Of a stretch of DNA of 64,000 nucleotides, positions 12,501 through 24,500 are shown piece after piece. A program made the translations under genes and the position numbers. Positions within the stretch are counted from its first letter, which is position 1. The number at the start of each line of letters is the position of its first letter. The DNA is taken from assembly GCA_049603795.1 (NCBI GenBank), contig JBMYSY010000015.1:47531-111530 (forward strand), read 5' to 3'. This DNA comes from Magnetovibrionaceae bacterium (GTDB lineage Bacteria; Pseudomonadota; Alphaproteobacteria; Rhodospirillales; JBMYSY01). The notes beneath the pieces were generated by a model. The model saw only the letters and a program-made list of their open reading frames with translations. It made no database searches and was not told the DNA's origin.

Positions 12501-15500
12501 GCGCAGCCGGATGACACGACCACGGCCAACGACCACATCGTCTCGATGATCATCAACCCGGCGACGGGGGAGGTGATCCAGCCGGAAACCAAGGTTTCGA
12601 TTATCGGCGATCAGTTCGGATACAAGACTCCGCAGGCTTTGGTTCTGGCCGACGGAAATGTCGCGGTCGCTGCCACAGGCAGCTCTTCCAACTACAACCA
12701 GATCGTCGTCTATGATCCGGAAAATCCGTCACCGCCCCTGCTGGGCGCAACGGCAATCGGCACCAACCCGAACCTCGGCAACGAGGACCGGGCACCGAAG
12801 ATGGTGCAACTGGCCGATGGCGATATCATCGCCGTGGGGTCCGATGGTTCGACCATCAGCGCCTATCGCATCAATGAGAATGCCGGGACCTATGCCGGCG
12901 GTTCGCCTTTCTCGGCCGCCATCAGCGAGAGCACAGGCGGGTCTCGGCTCTATGCTGATGTTGCGGCTCTGAGCGACGGCGGCTTTGTGGTCTCCTGGCA
13001 CGACAGCTCCAACGGGGTCATGGTCAGGCGGTTTGACGCCGACTTCACGGAACGGGATGCGAATGACGTCGCCGTGCTGGCCTCGCCTTCCGGGACGGAA
13101 GACTACACGTCGGTGCTCGGCTTGGACGATGGCGGCTTCGTGGTCGCCTGGGCGGACGATACGGGCGTCTTTGCGCAGCGATACGACAACCTGTCCCAAG
13201 AGGTCGGCAGTGTTATGTCGGTGGCGTCGGCTTCGGTCGATGCGCCGATCAACCTGAGCGCGCGGGCTGCCGGTGGCTTCTACGTCACCTGGAATGATAC
13301 AGAAGCGGAAGGGGCCGGCGATGGGGCCGCCTATCTTCGCATGTACGACGAAAATGGCGGCTCGGTTGGGATCGCGATCAAGCTTGCTCAGTCGGTCGAT
13401 GGTGATCAGACCTATCCGACGGCCTTGGAGCTGTCCAACGGGAACCTGTTCTCAGCCTTTTCCAGCGAAAGTTCAACCGAGGGCTACAACGGTCTGGATG
13501 TCGCTTGGCGAACCTTCACCGGCTTCTACGTGGAAGACGGGGCACCGAAGCAGATCGATCCGGCCTTTAGCGTTTCGGATGTGGATTCGACCGATTTTGA
13601 TGGCGGTTACCTGGACGTCACGGTCACCAGCAATGGAGAGTCCACCGATCTGCTCACGGTCGCCAACATCGGGACCGGCACAGGCCAGATTAGTCTCAGC
13701 GGGACGGATGTCAGCTACGAAGGCACCCTCATCGGTTCGATTTCCGGCCAAGGTGAAGGGCAGACCCTTTCCATTGATCTGAACGCCAATGCCGATGCCG
13801 AGGCCTTGTCGGCCCTGGGCCGCGCGATCCGGTTCGAGACCACTTCCGATACGCCGGACATCAATGTCCGAACAATCCGTTTCGAGGTGGACGATGGCGA
13901 TGGTGGTGCCACGGCGACGGCGACCCACGACGTAAGCCTCAGCCTTCTGGCGGCGAACGATGCGCCGACGGTAGAGATCGAAAGCGGTGTGGATGACGCG
14001 CTTCGGATCGACAACACAAACGACTACCTGATTGTCTCCCCCGACGACACATCTGCACTGTCCAGCGCTTTCACGGTCGAGGGCTGGTTCAAATTCGAAG
14101 ATGGCAACCTGTCCCAGGAGTACGCGCCTCTCGTCTTCTCGGGCTATGCCTCCTATTCCGGCTCGCTGGAAGGCCTGCACGTCACAATCGGTAGCGGCGG
14201 TGTGGTCAACGCCAAGGTCGGTGACTTCTCCAACGGTTATGACGAGGTAACCGGCTCAACAGCCGTCAATGATGGGTCCTTCCACCACGTGGCCGTCACC
14301 TTCGACGGGACGAACCTGAAGGTCATTATCGACGGCGTTGAAGACGCGAGTTCGGACGTTTCCCCGATCGAACCGGCCTTCGACTACGACATCCGGGTTG
14401 GTTACGACGAGGTCGAGACACCGGACCTTAGCGTCGATACGACCTTCTGGGACGGCGATGTTTATGGCGTCCGGGTCTGGAGCCAGGCACAGTCCGCGAC
14501 GGACATCGCCGCCGACATGAATCGCACCCTGGATGGGAATGAAACCGGGTTGCTGGTGGATCTTCCACTCGACGGGGATCTGACCGACAACACAGGCAAT
14601 ACCGATACGGCTCTCGTCTATAACAGCACGGGCTCCATCTCGGGCAGCTTCGTCAGCCAAGGTGCGGTTTCCACAACCATTGCCTATACCGAAGGAACGC
14701 CTGAGGTCGTGGGGACCAACATTACGGTCTCCGATCCGGACTCGGCCAACTTCAACGGTGGTCAGATCATCGCCGAAATCACAGCGGGTGGTGATTCCTC
14801 CGATACCATCTACATCGGTTCATCCGGTCTCGTAACCGCGTCCGGCGGCTCGGTGTACTTCGATTCCGCGCCCGTTGGCACCTATACCGGGGGCGGTGCC
14901 AAAGATGACCCTCTTGTTGTCACCTTCAATGCCATTGCCGATGCGACGGTTGTCCAGGGGGTGGCCCAGGCGCTGACCTTCGACAATACGTCGGGCGCAC
15001 CTGTTACCACCGACCGGACCTTCTCGATCTTTGTCAGCGATGGTGATGGTGGGACCTCTGTCGAGGCCACGCGGACGATTGAGGTTTCGGTTATCAACAG
15101 CGACCCGGTCGTGACCATCAACGGCGCAACGGAAACCTATACCGAGGGCGGTACGGCCATTCTGGTCGATGAAACGATCACGGTCAGCGATAGCGACAAC
15201 GCCAATCTCGACGGCGGATCGCTCTCGGCCTCGATCACCGTTAACGGTCGGCCAGGCGATGCGCTGGCGATTAAGAACATCGGCACCGGCACCGGAGAAA
15301 TTTCCGTATCCGGTAGCGCGGTCTCCTACCAGGGCGTTCAGATCGGGACCTTTGCCGGGGGTACGATCAGTTATGATGCCACGCCTATTGTCGAGACTTT
15401 TGAGGATGGGATCAGCGACTGGCGTCTGACCCAAGACGGTGAGAACGCAGCCCACGTATTGACAGGCGGTTCCGACAACTCGACCTACTTGAGGGGCGAA

Positions 15501-18500
15501 GACGGAGCCGTATCGGGCTGGTTCAAGTTCGGCAACGATACCCTGTTCAATGGTGATCGCTCGGATTTCTATGGCGGCGAACTGTCCTTCCAACTGAAAG
15601 ACAACCAGATTGCAGACTCGGGCACAGATGACTCGGACGTCATTATTCAAGGCAACGGAACAAGTATCCGTATCTCCCTGGACGGCCAACCGGGCAGCGA
15701 TTGGACGGACTTCACGGTTGACCTGAATGATGCCGCAGGCGGGTCCGGTTGGCGCCTAGGATCCTCAACCGGGCCGTTGGCCACAGAGGCTGAGATCCGC
15801 GGGGTTCTTGGCGATATTACGGATATCGAAATCCGGGGCGAGTTCTCCTTTACGAGCAGCGATGTCGCCGGGCTCGATAACGTAGCTTTGACCCCACCGG
15901 TTACGGCGACCCCGCTTACCGTGTCGTTGGATGCGGATGCGACGCCCGAGGCTGTTCAGGCTCTAGCCCAGGCTCTGACCTTTGTCGCCTCCGGTGACAA
16001 TCCGTCCGAATTGGACAGGACCGTCGAAATCACGGTCAACGACGGCCTGGGCGGGACCGGTTCCGCGACAAAGACGGTCAGCGTCGCTGCCGTGAACGAC
16101 GATCCGGTTGCCGCCGGTGATCTGGTTTCCACAGGCGAAGACACCGCCATCACCTTCAACGTCATCCTGAATGATACGGACGTTGATGATCCCGACCTGC
16201 TGACCGTTTCCTCTGTCGGCTCTGCCACCTATGGCACCGTGACGATTGAGTCCAACGGGAAAGAAGTGACGTTCACGCCGGGCAGTGCGGCGGACGCCCT
16301 GACGGCGGGACAGGTTGTCGAAGACACCTTTACCTACGTGGTCACCGACCCCCATGGAGCCACGGATACGGCGACGGCGACGGTGACGCTCACCGGTACA
16401 AATGACGAGCCCTTGGTAACGGCCAGCAGTGGCTCGGTGGCCCATTCGGAAGACGGAGGTGCGACTGTCGTCGATGGATCGCTGACGTTGAGCGATCCGG
16501 ACAGCGCCAACTTCGACGGGGGCAGTCTGACGGTAAGGGTTACCGGCAATGCGAACGTCGGCGATACGCTGACCGTCAAGAATATCGGTACCAATACCGG
16601 CGAAATCGGCTTTGACGGGACCGCCGTCACCTACGGCGGGACGACCATCGGCACGGTGTCCGGCGGCGAGGTGAGGGCCGAAGTTATCCGCTCAACTTTC
16701 GAGACGGGGACCGAGGGCTGGACCGCCGTCAACAATCACAGCAATTTCGGCCAGACCTCCACGGGTGGTGTTGATGGATCGGGCGGCATTCGCGCGACCG
16801 ATCAGGGTGGCGACAATTTCTACTTCGTGACTCCCACAGCCTATGGCGGCAACCGCTCCGCTTACTACGGGGGCACGTTGTCCTTCGATATGCGGGTCAG
16901 CAGCGCCAACAGTTCGTCGGCAAGCGGTCCTTATCTGCAGGTCGTCGGTGCCAGCCAGACGCTTTTCTTAAGCGGTCTCGACCTGCCCGGAACCAACTTT
17001 ACCTCGATCGAAGCGGTCTTGGATACCAGTGCGGATTGGCGGGTCGGATCCCAGTCAGGTTCGGTCGCCACCGAAGCCGAGATCAGGGCGGTTCTTTCCG
17101 ATCTTCAGGAAATCCAAATCCGGGGCGATCATACCGGTGTCTTTGAAACCACGACTTTGGACAATGTCGAACTGGCCCCGGCAAGTGCCCTTGAGATTTC
17201 TCTGAACAGCAACGCCACGCCGGAAGCGGTCGAGGCTTTGGCCCAGGTCATCACCTTTGAGGCCGACAACAACAGCCCCGATACCGGTGACCGGACCGTC
17301 AGCTTCACGGTGAGCGATGGTGACGGTGCCACCTCTACAGCCAGCCGGACGGTGACGGTAGCGGCGACCGACGATGCGGCCAAACTCGGGCTTTCGGGCC
17401 AAGGCATTGATCTGGCGGGTGGGGATACGCTTTCCAGCAGCGACGCCAGCCTGCAGCCCGGTGTCGCGGCCTTCTCCGCCGAGGTCTGGTTCGATTGGAA
17501 CTCGGCTGACGCGACCGGAAGCCCGCGGATCATCATGGGCAAGGGTGCCGAAGCGGCAGGCGACACCGGCTGGTCCGTCTTCCTGGATGGCACGACGGGC
17601 AACGAGACGCTGACCGTCCGTCTGCGGGGAGCCAACAACACCACGGCGATAGAGCGAACCATTGCGCTCGACGGCAACGCGGACGAAGGGTTCAACCACC
17701 TGGCCTTTGCCGTCGATCCGGAATTCGGGACCCTGACGACCTGGTTGAATGCCGATGACGACAACTGGACCGGTCCGATCGACCTGACCGAGGGCGGTAC
17801 GGTCACCAGTGCGACCAATTCGATCACCAGTTCGGATGACTTTATCGTTGGCGACGGCACCTCGGGCGGGGCGTCTTTCGGTAGCCGCCTGGACGACATT
17901 CGGGTCTGGGATCGGGCCCTGTCTGCGGCAAATGTCGAAGACAACATTACCGGTTCGACGATCTCCAATGCGGATGAAAGCCTCGTCGCCCGCTACACCT
18001 TTGAAGACGATCAGGCCTTTGGTGACAATGCCTCCTCGAACGGCGCATCACTGGACCTTGCGCTCTCCGGCACCGCAGCGGCGGTCGACTTCGATCAGGC
18101 AACCACTTTCGAGGGCGGCGGCGGTGCCGTCCGGATCGACCCCGATCTGGTCTATGGCGATGTGGATTCCGAGCCCGCCAGCGGGGCGACCGTTACGGTC
18201 AGCTTCACCAGCGGGTCCGAGACTGCGGACAGCCTGGGCATCCTGAATTCGACCGATGGCAAGCTGACGGCTTCCGGCGGCGGCATCACTTTCGATAGCA
18301 CACCGGTCGGGACCTACACAGGCGGCACGGACGGTTCGACCCCCTTGGTTATTACCTATAATTCGGCCGTGACCGAAGAGGCGATCCGGGCGACGCTTCG
18401 GAACCTGTCGTTCAACAATTCGGCGGGTGATCCGGACAATACTGACCGCGTTGTCAGCATTCAGGTCCAGGATGCCAACGGCACGACGAATTCGATCTCC

Positions 18501-21500
18501 CGGACCCTCTCTGTCGTGGATGCCAATGTGGCACCGGAAGCGGGGCTCTTGGCCACCGGTTCCGCCTTCCAGTTCGACGGGACGCAAGACAACCTGCGTT
18601 TCGATACCCAGACCGAATTCAATCCGGCCAAGGGCGATTTGACAGTCGAACTCTGGTTCGAATGGGACGGCACCACCAACGACACCCAGATCCTGTTCCA
18701 TAAATGGAACGGCAGCGGCGGGTATATCGGCAAGATCGAAAACGGTGTCCTGCAGCTCTATGCCGATACCAAGGGCACGGGGGCTGTCGATGCCGAACTC
18801 GCCATGCAGCGGATCGATCTTTCCGGAAATGGCGTATCTGCGGGGTGGCACCATGTCGCCATGGTCATCGACGGCGATGGTACGACAGGCACCGTCACGG
18901 GCTACCTTGATGGCAGCAACGCCAACTGGACCAACGGTGACGGCGGTTCGGTGACCAGCAATACCCTGACCTATGATGCCGATGGCATCACCCAGGGTGC
19001 GCCGCTCTGGGTCGGTTCCGATACCGTTTACAACTACAGCTTCAATGGCGGGATGGATGAAATCCGCGTCTGGACCGAAGCGCGGACGGCCGCTCAGATA
19101 GCAGAAGGCGTCAACACCGTCGTTGATAACCCGACGGGGGAGACGACGCTGGCGGGTTACTGGCGGGCGGCGAATGCCACGGACACCTCGGTTGTCGATA
19201 GCTCGGGCAATAATCACCACGGCACCTATACCAACGACGCGCATGTGGTGGGCCACCTCGGCACCGCCTGGCAGGGGACGACCGCCAACTCAGGGATCGA
19301 GGTGGCGGCACCCTCAACATTCAGCAACTCGAGCAATTTCTCGGTTGAAGGCTGGGTCCGGCTGGACAAGGACGCCACCGGCATTCAGACCGTCGTTTCC
19401 CAATGGGGCACGGCGGATGCCTATGCTGATGACCGGAGTTTCCAACTGTTCCTGACAGACGGAGACGTCGGCGATGGCGACTTCAACCTGACGGCCAGCA
19501 TGAGCCCGAACGGCGACCTCACCGATAACTGGAATGTGGTGGGCACCAAGTCCATCACAGCCGGCCAATGGCACCATGTGGCCATGACCTATGACGGCTC
19601 CATGCTTCAGCTGTATGTCGACGGCGAGACGGATACCGCGGTCACCAATGCAGCCGGTAGGAATTTGGGTTCAACAACACCGGTGGGCATCGGTGTGCGG
19701 CACAACAGTCCGACCAGCCCGGAGTATCCCCTGGATGGCCAGTTGTCCGATGTTCGGATCTGGACGGTGGCCCGTGATGCCGCAGGTATTCAGAACGGAA
19801 TGGACGGCTCCGTCTCGCATGAGACCACCGGGCTCGAGGGCTATTGGCCCCTGAACGAGGGCACGGGCACGACGGCGCAGGATGTGACCGGTAACGGCAA
19901 CGACGGTACCCTGTCTTCAGCCGATACCTGGGTGAATACGGCCCCCGCTATTTATTCGGATCTGGCCGAAGGAAGCACCTTCGAAGATCAGGCGATCTCG
20001 GGCGTTATCGGTCGTTTCGATGCGGATGGCGATACGGTTGCCGTCACGCTGGAAACCGATGCGGCCAACGGCACGGTGACGATCAACGAAAGCAACGGTG
20101 TCTACTCCTACGTCTACACGCCGGATGCCGACTTCGATGCCACGGATAGCTTCCAGGTTCGTCTGAATGACGGCAGCGGTGCCTCCAACGCGGAGGTGGT
20201 GAAGACCTTCACGGTCAATGTGGAGGGAACCCAGGATGTCCCGGTCGCCAATCTGACCGACCAGGTGGCCCAGGAAGATACCGACCTCGTGATACAGCTT
20301 TCGGCCGAGGACCCGGATACGGGCGACAGCCACAGCTACACGATTACGGCCCTCCCCACCACCGGCGGCAGGCTCTATCAATACGATGGCAACGCCACCG
20401 ATGATCGGGGGGCCGAGATCGTCGAACCCAACATTCTGGTCGCGGATTCCGCCGGGCGCATCATTTTCGTACCGGATGCGGACTTCGCGGGGACCGGTCC
20501 GTCCTTTGCCTATACGGCCAATGACGGCACGGATACCTCGCCGGCCAAGACGGTCAACATCACGGTCACCAATGACAATGATCAGCCGGGCTTCGCAGGG
20601 GTATCGGCGGGATTTGAATCCTTCCAGTTCGATGGTTCGGGTGCCGGCCTTTCGGTGGCTTCGGATGCGTCCTTGAGCCCGGGAACCGGAGACCTGACGG
20701 TCGAAACCTGGTTCTATTGGGATGGCTCGCCGCCGAGCGGAACATCCTATGCCCTGTTTGAAGCGAGGCCGGGTTCGGGCGGCAACGGCGCCTACATCGC
20801 CAACATCCATGAGTCCGGATTGTTGATGACAACGGTGCGGACGGGTTCAAACAACTCGGAGAATGATACCGCCGTTCAGCGCATCGACATCAGCGGCCTG
20901 GAACACGGTTGGCACCATTACGCGATGGTGCTCGATGGCGATGGCATTTCCTCTGGCACCGTGACCAGTTACTTGGATGGCGAGACCACCGGGTGGCTGA
21001 ACGGGGATGGCGCAACCATCACGGATAATGTCTATGGCTTTACGGGCAACGGTGGAAGCCTGGACTTGAATGATCCATTGCGGATCGGTCATTGGAACTC
21101 CGGTTCCACCGCTCATTTGAAGGGGCAGATGGCCGAAATCCGCATCTGGGAGTCCGCCAAGAGCCAGGACGCGATCCAGCAGGGCATGTTCGAGGCCGTG
21201 GATGATCCGGCAAACAATGCCGATCTGGCACTTTATTTGCGCCCAGACCAGGCCACCGTGTCCGGCGTTACGGACCTTTCGCCCAAAGGGAACGACGCGG
21301 CGAATGTGGGCGATGGCCCGCAGGTTTTGCACCACCTCGGCAATGCGGTCGAGCTTCCGGGTTCGGGTGAGTCCATTCGGGTGACGGCAACGGAAGAGCT
21401 TTCCGGCATGGATGCCCTGACGTTGGAGACCTGGGTCAAGCTGGATAGCGTCACGGGCAATCAGGCGATCTTCACGACCAGCGAACCGGGAACCGCCTGG

Positions 21501-24500
21501 TCCCATCAACTGACCACGAACGGCAGCGAATTGAGTTTCCTGGTCAGCAGCGATGGCAGTTCGGCTGATCTTGCTGACCTTCAGACCTCCGGATTGGGGC
21601 TGGAAACAGGCATCTGGTACCACGTCGCCGCCACCTGGGACGGCTCGACCTCGACGATCTATGTCAACGGCACGGTCGCGGGCACGAACAGCGCGACCTC
21701 GGGCACGGTAAAGACGGGCGCAACGGATCTTGCCATCGGCTCCAGCATCGATACCAACGGTGACGCGACGATCACGTTGGATGGCCAGTTGGCCGAGGCC
21801 CGGATCTGGGGCGTGGCACGCACGCAGCTTCAAGTTCAAAGCAGTGTCGATGGTGACGACATCTCCGCCAACGCGCCGAACCTGCTCGGGTTCTGGCCCA
21901 TGGAGGAAGGTGCCGGTACGACCGTCCATGATGTGACGGGCAACGGCCTGGACGGAACCTTGCCGAGTGCCACTGTCTGGGCGGACACCAGCGTCCCGCA
22001 GTTCTCCACCAGCGAGACGATTGACCTGTTCGAGGATTCCTCGACAACCGGCCGCCTGAAGGTTTTCGATGCGGATGCCGGGGACACCCTGACCGTCACG
22101 GTCGATACCGATGCCACCAACGGCTCGGTCACGGTCTTCCAGGATGGCGGCGAATGGAAGTTCACCTATACGCCCACGGCCAACTACGCCGGTTCGGATA
22201 GCTTCACCCTGCAGGTGGACGACGGTACGGGCGAGTCAAACGCAACGAAGACGCAGACCTTCACGGTCGAGGTCGAAGCGGTCAATGACACACCAGTAGC
22301 CGAGGTGACCAGCGGCTTGCAGATGCAGAAGGGCACCCAGCTGGTGCTTGATCTGGAAGCGACCAACCCAGAGACCGAGACGGTGGCCTTCACCATCGAG
22401 GCCCTTCCGTCCAACGGTGCGCTCTATCAATACGACGACGGTGCCGCCGACAAGCGGGGAGCGGTTATTCAATCCTCCGGCACGGCTGTGACCGATGTTG
22501 ATGGGCGGATTGTTTTCGTGCCGGATTCGACCTTCGAAGGCACGGGTCCTTCGATCCAGTTTTCTGCCACCGATGCGCAGGGGGCAAAGTCGGATACGGT
22601 GACCCAGGCGATCGAAGTGCTGGGGTATTCGGAGACGATCCATAACCAGAACACCGACCTGACCTGGGAGGAGTCTGCAAACTGGACTGCCGGTCTGCCC
22701 GGCGTGGCAAGCAAGGCGACCTTGACCGGTTCCGGTACAGTGACGCTGAACGCCGACGTCTCGATCGCCGAGTTGGATGCCGATACGAACCTTGACCTCA
22801 AGTCCAACACCCTGACCGTATCGGCGCTTGGCGACATAGCAGCCGGCAAAACTCTGAAGCTGGAAGGCGGCAATCTGGCCGGCGATCACAACATGACCGT
22901 CAACGGCACCTTGTCCTTCCAGTCCGGGACCCTGAGTGGCCTTGGAACCACAACGGTCGAAGGTGGATTCCAACTGTCCGGTTTGACGGCGGACAAGACG
23001 TTGGACGACCGGACCATCGCTCTTGGCTCCGGGGTTACGGCCACGATCAAGAACGCCACATTGCTGGGCGACGGTGAATTGACCAGCGCCGGTACCCTGA
23101 CCCTGCAACGGACGGTCAGCCTGGATCCGGCCTTCGCCAACTCGGGCAGCATCGCCATCCAGGCGATTTCGGGTGTGTCTGCGGTCATGAATCTTGATGG
23201 CGGTCTGACCAACACCGGCACGATTACGATGGACAGCATCGCGACTGCGGAAACCAGGGACGTTGGGATCAACGTTTCCTCGGCGGCAGATGGTTTCGTG
23301 AACGATACCGGCGGCACGCTCCAGGTTCTGGGAACGGTTGCTGCCGGTATCCGCTACGTCACAGGGTCTGTTACCAACAACGGCACCTTCGATATCGACC
23401 ACGCCTTTACGGTCAATAACGCCAGCGAGACCTTCGATACCCGGGACGGGGACATTGATGTCGCCTCCGGCAAGAACATGACCATCAATGCCGGGACGAC
23501 GATTTTCGGGACGGATACCGATCTTTCCGGCACCGGTAGACTGACACTTTCCGGCACCCATGCGCTGCAATTGGCCGAAGACTTCACCTTTACTTCCGAT
23601 ACGCTGGAAATGCGCTTCGGCAACGTATCGGTCAGCGGCCCGGGCAAGCTGATCAACGACGGGACCTTCACCTTTGAAAACGGGTCTCTGAGTTTCGCGA
23701 CCGAAATCTTGAACAACCAGGACGCCAGGCTTGAAGTCATTTCCATCAACGGCACGGAACTGACGCTGAACACCTCGTCGGATATCACGACCAACGGTCT
23801 CTTGGTCATGGATAACCAGGCGACAGGTGAAACGCGCAGCCAGTCCCTAAACCTGACAGGTTCTTCTAAGCTGGTGATCGGATCGACGGGCGAGCTGCAG
23901 GTGGACGGGACGGTCGCGACCGGTTTCCGGACCATAACGGGGTCGGTTCAGAACCTCGGCCTGATCGACGCCAACTACAGGCTTGATGTGGCGAACAGCG
24001 GCGAGGTCTTTGATAGCCAATCAGGCACGATCGACATCGCCAGCGGCGTGGTCATGGATATCGACGCCGGGACGACACAGTTCGGCACAGGGACAACGGT
24101 CCAGGGGGCCGGTCGTCTGACGTTGGGCGGTACTCATGAGCTCGACCTGGTCAGCGACTTCACCTGGGATTCCACCGAGACAGACATTTCCTTTGGAAAC
24201 GTGACGGTGACGGGGCCGGGCTCCCTCCTGGTCGATGGCGATCTCACCTATTCCTTTGGATCGCTGAGTTTCGAGACCCCGATCGTTGTCGGGGACACGG
24301 GAACACTAAATGTCTTCGGCGCGAATGGGGCGGATCCGGTTCTCAATACGTCGGCCAACATTACGGTCAATGGTGACTTGGTCCTGGACAATATCCAGGT
24401 GGGCCAGACGCGGTCTTCCTCGATCAATGTCACCGGGGCATCTGAACTGGTCATCGGCCCGACGGGCGAACTGATCGTGAAGAGCACGAACGCGGGCTCC

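Larger units (their letters stand above)
13968..18530 (+). other. Mixed module region: LamG - FDGG - FDGG(with insert) - cadherin-like - FDGG(with insert) - LamG - FDGG
   Basis: LamG-like domains lie at ~13968-14660 (FTVEGWFKF..FHHVAVTFDG..VYGVRVWSQAQSATDI) and ~17382-18085 (FSAEVWFDW..LDDIRVWDRALSAANV). FDGG modules lie at ~14665-15108, 15109-16105, 16412-17381 and 18086-18530. A cadherin-like unit lies at 16106-16411 (AAGDLVSTGEDTAITFNVILNDTDVDDPDLLTVSS..TFTYVVTDPHGATDTATATVTLTGTNDEP). Confidence 0.65.
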
